A stretch of DNA of 64,000 nt, from assembly GCA_964555185.1 (NCBI GenBank), contig CAZKRD010000003.1, forward strand, positions 19,943-83,942, given 5' to 3'. The notes under the pieces are model-generated. The model had not been told where the DNA came from. It saw nothing but the letters and a program-made list of their open reading frames with translations, and made no database searches. This DNA comes from an uncultured Candidatus Saccharibacteria bacterium. Lineage in GTDB: Bacteria > Patescibacteriota > JAQUNI01. Positions 18,161-27,114 of the stretch are shown piece after piece (positions within the stretch are counted from its first letter, which is position 1; each line of letters begins with the position of its first letter). A program made the position numbers and the translations under genes.

Positions 18161-18641
18161 CTCAAAGCACAAAATGCCTTCTTCTACGCTTATATTAAAG
18201 GAAAAAATAGAAGCAAGAACGCTCTACATAAAGTAAGGCCACATATATAAAGATATAGATATAAAGATATAGATAGAGAAGTATTAACTTAAAGAAGGGG
18301 AAAGAAAAGAAAACTTCTAAAGAAGTTTGTTTCTTCCCCTCTTCTAACCTATCTTTACTTAACCTATCCTTACCTAACCTTACCTGTGCCGTCCGTGGAC
18401 CGTCCACCTATTCTGCTTGTATTGTTTTTTACATGTTTTGCTAACGCAAAACCGATTAAAAAATCTTTAAAAAATACAAAGAATCTTTTAAATCTTTGTT
18501 GGATATTATCAAAAAGAATCAAAAAATAAAGAGTTTTATGCGCGCTTTATAAAAAGAGAAGTGTCCCATTTATAAAAAAGAGGGCCCACACGAGCCTTAA
18601 AAGGTGATTATAAGGAAGTGTATAACTTAAGTTGACAAAAG

Positions 18642-18857
18642 ATGACAAAGAGGTACAATAATATAAAGAACATAAATAGGATGAATAACAATAAAAAGAA
18701 AATTCAACTTTATACCACCCAAGAAGTAGCTGACATTTTAAGGGTCAGTCGGCGAACTGTGTATAGGCTTATTAAATCTGGAAAATTAAAGGCAGTGATG
18801 ATTGGGCAATGGAGAATTAAAGCAGAGGATTTAGATAAGTTTTTAGATAGTCGTTAA
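18642..18857 (+). CDS. excisionase-family helix-turn-helix DNA-binding protein
   Basis: LYTTQEVADILRVSRRTVYRLIKSGKLKAV is the classic HTH_17/Xis pattern. Confidence 0.65.
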   Translation: MTKRYNNIKNINRMNNNKKKIQLYTTQEVADILRVSRRTVYRLIKSGKLKAVMIGQWRIKAEDLDKFLDSR

Positions 18858-18868
18858 TCTAAATTTAT

Positions 18869-20479
18869 ATGAAGAAAGTCGCTATTTACACAAGAGTTTC
18901 TAGCGAAGAGCAAGTAAATGGTTATAGCCTAGGAGATCAACAAGAGAAGTTGCAGGATTATTGTAAATCCAATGGTTTTCTATTAGAAAAAAGACATATA
19001 TACCGAGAGGAAGGAATTAGTGGCGCAAAAAAGGAAAGGCCTGTTTTAAGCCTGTTATTACAGGCAGCTCAAAATAAGGAGTTTGCCTTAGTTTTAGTTT
19101 ATAAATTAGATCGGTTTTCAAGGAGCCTAAAGAATCTCCTTGAGCTAGTTGCTGATTTAGAGAGAAATGGAATTGGTTTTAAGTCAATTACAGAGACATT
19201 TGATACTTCAACTCCGATGGGCAAGTATATGCTTCAGAATTTAGGGTCCATAGCTGAACTAGAGAGAGAGATGATCAGAGAAAGGACTCTAATGGGACAA
19301 ATCAAGTATCTTAAAGAGGGCAACTGGAAGGGGGGCATTACTCCCTATGGATACGATTACAATAAAGAGACTCACAAACTTGAAATTAATAAAGAAGAGG
19401 CTAAGATTGTTCGGAAAATGTATAAATGGGTTGCAGAAGAAGGTTCAACTTCACATTCAGTCCAAAAGCGACTTAATGATTTAGGGATTTCTACTAAGTA
19501 TGGTAACTTAGGTAAAAAGAAGCAGGTTAATGGTGCGTGCTTTTGGAAGAAAAGGACCGTTGGCAGGATTTTAACTAACGAGATTTATTCGGGTACATTT
19601 ACTTATCGTAAATATAAATATTTGGGGAGGGTTAGAGGAGAAGATAATTTACGTCCCGAGGACGAGTGGATTAAGATTAAAACTCCTAGAATAGTTAGTA
19701 AAAAGATTTTTGATTTGGTCCAGAATCAAATAAATAAAAATAAAAAACACTCACCGAGAAATAGTAAGTATAAATATCTTTTTGCCCACATGATTAAGTG
19801 TGGTTACTGTGAAGGTAGGTATGGGAGTATGTATAGTGCTGAACGCAAAAGAGGTGTAGTTGGACGGAAGAGATATTTTTGTCATAACACCAGAGCGGAT
19901 AATAAACAGGAGAAATGTAAAGCCAAAAGCGTGGCAGAAAAAAGAATTAGTGAGCCCATCTGGAACAAGATAGCAGAGGCGTTGAGTAATCCAGCCATAG
20001 CTTTTGAGCAATTGGAAAAGATACAGAAGAAAGAGAACAACATTGAGGAGGTTCAAGAGAAACAGAGAGAATCAGATAAGCTGATCCTTAAGAACAAAGA
20101 AAAATCCAGACGATTACTGGATTTGTATTTGGGAGGTGGGGTAGATAAGGAGACTTACGAAGAGAAAGTGGGGGAGATAAATAAAGAGGCCGATAGCTTC
20201 AGGCGGGAAAAAGTAAGGTATAATAACCTTTTTATTTCCAAAGAAGAGAAGAAGGCGAGAACACAATCAATTCAGGAGATGTATGGGCGGTTCAAGGACA
20301 ATCTTAAGAAAATCACCTATTCTCAAAAGAGAGAAGTGCTTAAAATGTTGATAGATAAGGTAATTATTAAAGGCGCAAAGATTGATATTTACTGTAATAT
20401 TCCCTATAAATACTCGTTTGAGGGACAGTCAACTCTCCTTCCGTGTCTTTGCCTTCGGGGTCGGGCAGAAATTCATTGA
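18869..20479 (+). CDS. large serine recombinase (integrase)
   Basis: N-terminal AIYTRVSSEEQ catalytic serine motif, recombinase domain, Cys-rich zinc ribbon (CGYCEG...C...C), coiled-coil C-terminus. The last ~15 codons read antisense through the LTD gene. Confidence 0.9.
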   Translation: MKKVAIYTRVSSEEQVNGYSLGDQQEKLQDYCKSNGFLLEKRHIYREEGISGAKKERPVLSLLLQAAQNKEFALVLVYKLDRFSRSLKNLLELVADLERNGIGFKSITETFDTSTPMGKYMLQNLGSIAELEREMIRERTLMGQIKYLKEGNWKGGITPYGYDYNKETHKLEINKEEAKIVRKMYKWVAEEGSTSHSVQKRLNDLGISTKYGNLGKKKQVNGACFWKKRTVGRILTNEIYSGTFTYRKYKYLGRVRGEDNLRPEDEWIKIKTPRIVSKKIFDLVQNQINKNKKHSPRNSKYKYLFAHMIKCGYCEGRYGSMYSAERKRGVVGRKRYFCHNTRADNKQEKCKAKSVAEKRISEPIWNKIAEALSNPAIAFEQLEKIQKKENNIEEVQEKQRESDKLILKNKEKSRRLLDLYLGGGVDKETYEEKVGEINKEADSFRREKVRYNNLFISKEEKKARTQSIQEMYGRFKDNLKKITYSQKREVLKMLIDKVIIKGAKIDIYCNIPYKYSFEGQSTLLPCLCLRGRAEIH

Positions 20480-21935
20480 TCCAGACAGTGCGTGGATATT
20501 CTTGGGCTTCTTTAGGGCTTTGAGCTGAACAAATGTTTTGTTCAGCTGGTGTGGGTTCTAGGCTCCAACACCAATCACCATTCATTTTATTATAAGATTC
20601 AGCTTTGGGGGCTTCTCCATATTCAATCTCATCAATTGCTTGGCCTGAGGGCCAGAGGAGCCTGACCCAATCACCACTGTTGTTTAAGGTGATCTTGGTT
20701 TCGGAATAGGGGAGGCTTAGATACTCCCCTGCTTTAATTTCAGAATCTTCAGGAAAGGTATAGGGCCGTGATCCTTTATCCTCTTCGTCATCTAATTGCC
20801 AATTTTCCAGATCAATTTCATCTGGGCCTGGGTTGTAAAGTTCAATAAATTCTCCTTCCGTGTCCTTACCTTCGGGGTCGGGTAAAAATTCTGAAATCCA
20901 GATATGACGGGGATAGCTGGAAGAATCGTCTTTTTCGTCTTCTGAAATTACATTCTTCTGTCCAGGTGTTAAAGTAGTGCTCCAGGTCCAAGTGTCATCT
21001 TCCTTACGATTGTAGGATTGGTTTTTGGGTACAGGGCCGGAATAACTTACCTCTTCCAAGGTTTCATTATTGTGAATCAAAAAGACTGTGTCACCACTAT
21101 TGTTTAAAAGGAATTTTGAACCGGTGTAAAAGGCAAGGTAAGAATAGGCCGGCATCGTGGTGCCGGGATCAATTGTAAAACTTGAGGCGGTCTTATCTTT
21201 TATTTTCCAAGATGATAAATCAGCGGTTGTGTCTGAATTATTGAAAAGCTCAACAAACTCTCCTTCCTGGTCAGAGCCCTCTGGGTCAGGCAGAAATTCA
21301 TTGATTACAATATAGTTTATAGAGGGGGTGGTATCTTGGGGGTAGGCGGCGCTGTTTTTTTGTTTGGGCGTGCCATAGATTGGGCCACCATTGCTGTCTT
21401 TACCATTTATAACTATTTGATTGTTCGTCGCCCAATTATCAGAGCTTGAAGCTTCTTTTTGGGGGTCAACCCTTTCCATGCTTGTTTTGTCTGTACTGTT
21501 GCCGCTCAACCAGTCGCTGGAATTGTCTATTTCATCGATTGTATTATTTAAGTTGTCTTTTAAGACAAGATGCTCTCCAGAGTTTTCTAGAGCGCCGGTA
21601 TAGATTTTGTTAGCGGGAAGGTCGGAGATTGTGTTATCATCGGTGCGCTCAAGCAGATAATAGCTTTTTGCCGGAATTGTATCAGCAAGAGCAATTGTTG
21701 GCGTACCATCTTTTGCTTCTAGGGTCCAACCAGCAAGGCCTATATCTTGATCAGTGTTATTAAAAAGTTCAATCCACTCATCCGCGGTAGAAGCCCCAGT
21801 TCCCATCCAAGCAATTTCGTTGATTAGGACATCACTAGGTGAGGCGGCATAGGTCCTGAAAACAAAAGATTCTGCCCCCAAGCAGAACAGAAGAAATATA
21901 ATTAGTCCGAGCGGCAATCTATATTGCCTACGCAT
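20367..21935 (-). CDS. secreted lamin-tail-domain (LTD) repeat protein, 3'-truncated
   Basis: Signal peptide; four repeats of INEFLPDPEG(S/K)D.EGEF(V/I)EL(F/Y)N; the fourth stops after ...PDPEGKDTEGE and continues as non-homologous residues from the recombinase region. Confidence 0.65.
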   Translation of the reverse strand: MRRQYRLPLGLIIFLLFCLGAESFVFRTYAASPSDVLINEIAWMGTGASTADEWIELFNNTDQDIGLAGWTLEAKDGTPTIALADTIPAKSYYLLERTDDNTISDLPANKIYTGALENSGEHLVLKDNLNNTIDEIDNSSDWLSGNSTDKTSMERVDPQKEASSSDNWATNNQIVINGKDSNGGPIYGTPKQKNSAAYPQDTTPSINYIVINEFLPDPEGSDQEGEFVELFNNSDTTADLSSWKIKDKTASSFTIDPGTTMPAYSYLAFYTGSKFLLNNSGDTVFLIHNNETLEEVSYSGPVPKNQSYNRKEDDTWTWSTTLTPGQKNVISEDEKDDSSSYPRHIWISEFLPDPEGKDTEGEFIELYNPGPDEIDLENWQLDDEEDKGSRPYTFPEDSEIKAGEYLSLPYSETKITLNNSGDWVRLLWPSGQAIDEIEYGEAPKAESYNKMNGDWCWSLEPTPAEQNICSAQSPKEAQEYPRTVWINEFLPDPEGKDTEGELTVPQTSIYREYYSKYQSLRL

Positions 21936-21954
21936 TTTTATTTCTATTTTTGAT

Positions 21955-22953
21955 TTATTCCTTAAGTCTTTTCTTCAAGTATTCCACTATTTCTACTGGG
22001 CTGGGGTCGGTTTTGTATTCTAGGGCTAGATAGTAGCTGATAAAGTCGCCGTAATAAATTGTGCCGAAGATTTGGGTTAAAAGGCTTCCTTCCACCATTT
22101 TGATCGTGATCACATTGCCGCCTTTTTGGTTGATAATGTCTGCCGTGATTTTCATTCTTTTTAGGATCCGGGGGTGATCTTTACTATTGCGGAGGATGAT
22201 GACAGTGGTAGGGATTCCTTCTTTTTTAAGGTTTGTGAACCCGGCGGTTTCATTGTGATTTAACTCTGGAAAGTAGTTGTGAAAAGCGAGGACCTTTGAG
22301 TTCTCGTTGAATTTGATTTTCCAGATCCGGGCGATTTCGCGGAAGCGTTCGCTGGCATAAACAATGATTAGATTATTTTTGAGCATGCGGGCGATCTTTT
22401 GGGCTGGGGGGAATTGCATCTTGGCTAAAGCTTGAGCTGTTTCTTTAATTTCTTTGGTTTTGTCCGGGACAATGCCGGCCTTGCTCATCGCGGTCAGGAT
22501 TCCAGTGAAATTATAGCCATTGCCGCAGCGGGGCTGGATCCCTTCTTCGGGTAGCTTAATGAAGGGGACATTGTCTTTTTTACACCATTTTGAAAGCTGG
22601 CCGTTGGTGGTGATCCCAACCATTGTGATCTTTTTTTGTTTGCATTCTTGATACACACTCAAGGTTTCTTCGGTGTTGCCGGAAAAGGAGGAGATAAAGA
22701 CCAAACTTTTTTGATCAGCTTCTTGGGGCAGGCTGTAGTTTTGGCAGATATAGATCGGGAGACTGATTTCTCCCTGCAGATAGGTTTCAATGATCGCGGC
22801 AGGGAGAGAAGAGCCGCCCATCCCGGCGATCACCACATTTTTGTATTGTTTCCGGGGCACTTTAACTTTGGCGGTAATCTCTAGGGCTTTGCCGAATTGC
22901 AAGGGGAAGTCATGGAGGACTTTTAGCATGTTGGATTTGTCGATTGAAGGCAT
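21955..22953 (-). CDS. SIS-domain bifunctional phosphoglucose/phosphomannose isomerase family protein
   Basis: VVIAGMGGSSLPAAII, SGNTEETL, PRCGNGY motifs; ~330 aa. Confidence 0.6.
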   Translation of the reverse strand: MPSIDKSNMLKVLHDFPLQFGKALEITAKVKVPRKQYKNVVIAGMGGSSLPAAIIETYLQGEISLPIYICQNYSLPQEADQKSLVFISSFSGNTEETLSVYQECKQKKITMVGITTNGQLSKWCKKDNVPFIKLPEEGIQPRCGNGYNFTGILTAMSKAGIVPDKTKEIKETAQALAKMQFPPAQKIARMLKNNLIIVYASERFREIARIWKIKFNENSKVLAFHNYFPELNHNETAGFTNLKKEGIPTTVIILRNSKDHPRILKRMKITADIINQKGGNVITIKMVEGSLLTQIFGTIYYGDFISYYLALEYKTDPSPVEIVEYLKKRLKE

Positions 22954-22965
22954 AGATTTTGATGA

Positions 22966-23982
22966 TTAGATTAGTTTTTGTTTTGGTTTGATAATATTAA
23001 GATGCTGATAAGCAAGCGGAGTGGCGACTCTGCCTCGCGGGGTCCGCGCGATCAGGCCGCTTTGCAATAAAAACGGTTCATAAACATCCTCAATCGCGTC
23101 TCGCTCTTCAGCCGACGAAGCGGCCAGGGCGCGCAAGCCCACTGGTCCCCCGTTGAATTTTTCAATAATATTTTTGAGAAGCTCGCGGTCAACCTGATCA
23201 AGGCCGAGCGTATCTATTTCCAAGATTTCTAAGGCTCTTTGGGCAACAGAGAGTGTGATTCTGCCCTCTGCCTTTATTTCCGCATAATCCCGCACTCTTT
23301 TTAAAAGCCGGTTAGCAACCCTGGGCGTGCAGCGCGAACAGACGGCGATTTTATCTAAGGCTTTATTTTCTATGTATTTGATATTTAAAAGTCGAGCAGA
23401 ACGTTTGATGATTGCTTTGATTTCGTCGGTCTCATAGTAACGGAGACGGTAGATTGCACCAAAGCGGTCGCGTAAAGGAGAGGAGAGCATTCCGATTTTA
23501 GTGGTCGCGCCGATCAGGGTGAAGCGGTTTAGGGGCAGGCGGATGTTTTTGGCCGCCGGTCCTTTGCCGATAATAATATCTAAAACCTGGTCTTCCATTG
23601 CCGGATAGAGGATTTCTTCGATCTGGCGGGCAAGCCGGTGGCATTCGTCAATAAAAAGGGTGTCGCCGTCTTCTAAATTGGTCAGGATTGAGGCGAGGTC
23701 TCCGGGTCGTTCAATTGCCGGCCCAGAGGTGGTTCTCAAGGAAACTTGAGCTTCGCGGGCGATAATATTAGCAAGCGTGGTTTTGCCTAGGCCCGGCGCG
23801 CCATAGAGGAGGATATGCTCTAGGGGTTCGCCTCTTTTTTTTGCTGCGGCTAAAAAAATCCGCAAACTTTCTTTGATTTTGGCCTGGCCAATGTATTCAT
23901 TCAGGGTCTTTGGCCGCAGGGCCAAATCAAGCTTTTTATCTTCATTTTTTTCTTGAGGAGAAACAGTTGGATTTTGGTCCAT
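22966..23982 (-). CDS. ruvB: Holliday junction DNA helicase RuvB
   Basis: [12 protein letters not shown]...[18 protein letters not shown], sensor and arginine finger regions, ~338 aa. Confidence 0.95.
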   Translation of the reverse strand: MDQNPTVSPQEKNEDKKLDLALRPKTLNEYIGQAKIKESLRIFLAAAKKRGEPLEHILLYGAPGLGKTTLANIIAREAQVSLRTTSGPAIERPGDLASILTNLEDGDTLFIDECHRLARQIEEILYPAMEDQVLDIIIGKGPAAKNIRLPLNRFTLIGATTKIGMLSSPLRDRFGAIYRLRYYETDEIKAIIKRSARLLNIKYIENKALDKIAVCSRCTPRVANRLLKRVRDYAEIKAEGRITLSVAQRALEILEIDTLGLDQVDRELLKNIIEKFNGGPVGLRALAASSAEERDAIEDVYEPFLLQSGLIARTPRGRVATPLAYQHLNIIKPKQKLI

Positions 23983-24059
23983 TTTTGTACTTCAATTGTT
24001 TTATTTTACCATTTTCTTAGTGTATTGACAAGAAAATTCAGCTATGGTAAGATATTTAG

Positions 24060-24365
24060 TTCAAAGTGACCAAGGGTCATCCCGAGGATGAGCGAGGCGA
24101 GGATGAAGGGATCTCGCGGGTATTCCTTAAGGATCCTTGGGACCTTCGATTTATAATTAATGCTTCTTAATCTGTAGGCGGTTTTACGGGGCTATGCTTG
24201 TCAATGGATTTTTTAATGGCGAGTTACCCCTCGCTTAGCGAAGATTTTCGGATGATGATCGTAAATTGAATCTTCATTGGGCGAGGGGGCCAGACTTTCC
24301 TAATCCTTGGAGTTTAGCCTTGCTCTTAAGTAGACTTAGGAGCTTAGCGTCTACAGATTAAGAGG
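24060..24365. ncRNA. candidate structured RNA of unknown class (strand undetermined)
   Basis: ~420-bp ORF-free gap in a compact genome. Nested long-range complementarities: 24070-24078/24132-24140 (9 bp), 24168-24180/24348-24360 (13 bp incl. one G-U), 24227-24234/24281-24288 (8 bp), plus local hairpins. Confidence 0.3.
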
Positions 24366-24425
24366 CATTTATTGTTTTAAAATCTGGGTGGTAATCATCA
24401 AAAACAGAAGGAGGGATGATGTATC

Positions 24426-24848
24426 GTGAAGAAGAAAATGTTCGCTTTTTTGTACTTTTTGCCACTCTTTGTGGTTATTCTCACCACAGTTATTAGATGG
24501 GGGAATCCGGAGAGCTTTAAGGGGGTTTTGGGGCTGCTTTCACCTCTCCTTAACCTCGTGCTTTGCTACTTGCTGCTAAGTTGGAAGATTTTCCGCAAGA
24601 TTTTCTTGCATGAGAGGTTTGTTGTGGGACAAACTTCCCATGCGAAGGCTTATAACAGGATCAAGGACAAGGAGATTCACGTTCATTTGCAAGTGGGTAG
24701 GAAAGTGGTGATTGATCAGAAGGTGTGCGTTAGAGCAACGGTCCCTTCTATAGATAAGCCGTGCATTTTGGTAGCCGTGGTTAATGAAGATGGAGAATCA
24801 ACCAGTCTTCCTTCTGCTGCAACCATTACTATCCTGGGCCCCTGCTAA
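24426..24848 (+). CDS. hypothetical membrane-anchored protein
   Basis: 140 aa, two N-terminal hydrophobic helices; followed by a terminator. Confidence 0.4.
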   Translation: MKKKMFAFLYFLPLFVVILTTVIRWGNPESFKGVLGLLSPLLNLVLCYLLLSWKIFRKIFLHERFVVGQTSHAKAYNRIKDKEIHVHLQVGRKVVIDQKVCVRATVPSIDKPCILVAVVNEDGESTSLPSAATITILGPC

Positions 24849-24884
24849 AGCGGTAGAAATATAAGACCGCTTTTTTATTTTTGG
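24848..24884 (+). terminator. rho-independent terminator
   Basis: aagcggt-N12-accgctt then TTTTTTATTTTT. Confidence 0.5.
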
Positions 24885-25122
24885 AACTTAAATCCCTTGA
24901 TTCCAAACTCCGCATTATTCAGAAAACATTGTCTTTCTTTGCTTTTTGGATTATAATCTACTAATATATTCAGTTAATTTCGTTCTTTCTACTTTTCGCG
25001 GTTGGCATTTCAATGTGGAGGGAGGTTTTTAAAATGTCAAATTTGGAGCTACACTATGATTCGGGTGTTTCGGTAGTTTAATGTTTTCTCGTATGTTCTG
25101 TCAAAGAAAAGGAAGGAGAGGG

Positions 25123-25875
25123 ATGATGGTTAATGAAAAGGCAATAGCACTAGCCCTGAAACAGGGCGAGAGCTTGGCGGCAGCAGATCAGGTTCTGATT
25201 AATCCAAGGCCTGGAGATTTAGTTTCAATGACCACAGCGGCAATAGCAGCAATCCGGAAGCACGCCTGCACACCAGCCCAGGAGGGAGAGGCGCTTATTC
25301 TTTTGGGTCGTAATTTCGTCGGGAGAGAGGCAGTAATCGTAGGATATAAGCCCGAAGAGAGAGATGACGCCTTTAAGCAGGTTCTCGCCGCGCTGGATAG
25401 TTTAGACTTAGAAATCCAGAAAAACGTAGTGGAATCCCTTCTTGCTGATATGCAGTCAGTGAATGGTGGAGACAGTCTGCCTGGTCTTTGGGCAGAGAGG
25501 ATTCGCGAGAAATTAAATCAGGAAAAACCAGCCGGTTCTTTCTTGATCAAACTTGGAGAGCAAATACATCGCTGCGTTTATACGAAGATGGTTGAAAGAG
25601 AGATGGGCAAATTCGGGAACGATTTTGCCCGGGGCCTGGGGTGGATGAGATCATTTTACTGCCAAGTTTCCACAAACCCAGTATTGGCCTGGAAGGCATA
25701 TCTTGAAGATCTAGGTTTAAGGGAAAAGCTGAAAAGCAAAATTGCGGAGCACAGTGATTGGCTTGCGGATCCTGAAGCTTACAAGTTTGAGATCGCAATG
25801 CAGGCAACACTCTTGGCGCTCTGGCCTAATCTCACCATTTTCCGCCCATTAGCCTGTGTTCACCGATCTTACTGA
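25123..25875 (+). CDS. hypothetical protein (upstream half of overlapping pair; higher GC)
   Basis: ORF from track trimmed to MMVNEK; contains ...YCQVSTNPVLAWKAY weakly resembling the transaldolase TTNPSL motif. Confidence 0.35.
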   Translation: MMVNEKAIALALKQGESLAAADQVLINPRPGDLVSMTTAAIAAIRKHACTPAQEGEALILLGRNFVGREAVIVGYKPEERDDAFKQVLAALDSLDLEIQKNVVESLLADMQSVNGGDSLPGLWAERIREKLNQEKPAGSFLIKLGEQIHRCVYTKMVEREMGKFGNDFARGLGWMRSFYCQVSTNPVLAWKAYLEDLGLREKLKSKIAEHSDWLADPEAYKFEIAMQATLLALWPNLTIFRPLACVHRSY

Positions 25876-27085
25876 CTATCAGGTGAGTTTTCAGTTAAGT
25901 CCTCTGATCGCTGGTTCGGTTGAAAAGAGCATTGCGGATGCTGAACGCGCTCGTCAACAGGCCAGAGAATTCTTGATAAAGTATGATCAATTACTGGGTT
26001 TTGGCGATGAAGCCGGGAAAATAGCACCGAATTTGGTTCTGAAAGTTGCTGCCTGCCATCCGGCTGCTCTGGAAATCACCCGTAAGTTGAATAGCCGGGG
26101 ACAGGGCACGAATAACACATTGGTCTATGCAGTAGCCCAAGAGGTTATGCTCTGGATAGAAGCTTTAAAGGGCAAGGCTGCGGCATTAAATACAGGACAT
26201 CCGGTTGTCCGAACCTATATGACCAATATGCCGGGACGGCTGGTTAGTCATCTTCGGGAGCAAGCAGCCGTTAGTATATTTAACTTAGTTGCTAAGTATC
26301 GTTCTGTTAGTCAGGCCATGGATCTTCTGGAGAAGCTTGCAAACGAACTGGGTGTAGATAGGGCAGTTTGGGAAGCTCTCGCACCTAGCGATATTGAGAC
26401 AAAAGTAAGGGTCATTTGCGCCTATAAGTATCTCAAGACCCTTGATCCTGCTGACCAGCCCACTATAATGGAAACGGCAATATTAGCTGGGTATTCGCAA
26501 GAAAGTCTGGAAACTTTAGAGAAGGCCCTGAAAATGGCTGGAACCTTTGTCGCCCAACGGGTTTGGAAAATATTCTTGTCTCCAGGAAATAAGGAGAAAT
26601 GGATAGCCTTTATAGAAAGGGAATACAACCTGAGCCGCGAAAAGGCAGAATGGGTTGTGGACTCGATGGGATATCTCCCTGCGTCCAAACGGACTCCAGA
26701 TGATACTTTGCTCGCACTTGGTGATAATATGATCCACACCGAGTTCCCTAACCATGGTCGGAGCGTTGCAGAGTATGCAGAATTGGCAGGCTTTCAGCTT
26801 GAGGATTATCGGGATTCGATTGCCTCCGAGCCTGAATATCCCTGGCTTACTTTACTGCAAGCGCTTCCTGATTTTTGTCGGGCATATGGTCTCACCCAAG
26901 AGATAAAAGACTTTCTGGTGGCAAGAGTTGGAATCACAGATGTGATGCACTGGGGAACAGAAGGCTTAAAGCCGGAAGAATGGTCAACTTTCGGGTCTGT
27001 GCAGAAAACCGCCTGCGAATTTCAATTTGCCTTTGGCGAGTTTGTGAAGATGTGTCTGGAGATTGCCAGAGAGGCTGCGGGGTAG
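25856..27085 (+). CDS. hypothetical protein with transaldolase/Fsa-like active-site segment
   Basis: LVLKVAACHPAALEITRKLNSRGQGTNNTLVYAVAQ aligns by eye with FsaA [35 protein letters not shown] and TalB ILIKLAST...NCNLTLLFSFAQA. Overlaps the previous ORF by 20 nt in the +1 frame. Confidence 0.4.
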   Translation: MFTDLTDYQVSFQLSPLIAGSVEKSIADAERARQQAREFLIKYDQLLGFGDEAGKIAPNLVLKVAACHPAALEITRKLNSRGQGTNNTLVYAVAQEVMLWIEALKGKAAALNTGHPVVRTYMTNMPGRLVSHLREQAAVSIFNLVAKYRSVSQAMDLLEKLANELGVDRAVWEALAPSDIETKVRVICAYKYLKTLDPADQPTIMETAILAGYSQESLETLEKALKMAGTFVAQRVWKIFLSPGNKEKWIAFIEREYNLSREKAEWVVDSMGYLPASKRTPDDTLLALGDNMIHTEFPNHGRSVAEYAELAGFQLEDYRDSIASEPEYPWLTLLQALPDFCRAYGLTQEIKDFLVARVGITDVMHWGTEGLKPEEWSTFGSVQKTACEFQFAFGEFVKMCLEIAREAAG

Positions 27086-27114
27086 GTTTGTATGGTGATC
27101 TTTGGGAAAGGGAC

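Noticed and set aside
22636-22884. Antisense ORF inside the SIS isomerase gene
   Set aside because: Overlaps a well-supported conserved gene on the opposite strand; no independent signals
24060-24365. RNase P RNA on the minus strand (AGGAAAGUCUGGCC resembles P4 5' strand)
   Set aside because: No complementary P4 3' strand (ACAGAA...CCAGACUU-like) or other conserved blocks (GGUAAGAGCGCACC-like) in the expected order; left as unknown structured RNA
24180-24560. tmRNA on the plus strand (GGGGCUAUGCUUG resembles a tmRNA 5' end)
   Set aside because: No GGAUUCGAC-type motif, no tRNA-like T-arm/acceptor 3' end (GGUUCGAUUCC...CCA) downstream, and no tag-peptide ORF ending in hydrophobic residues plus stop
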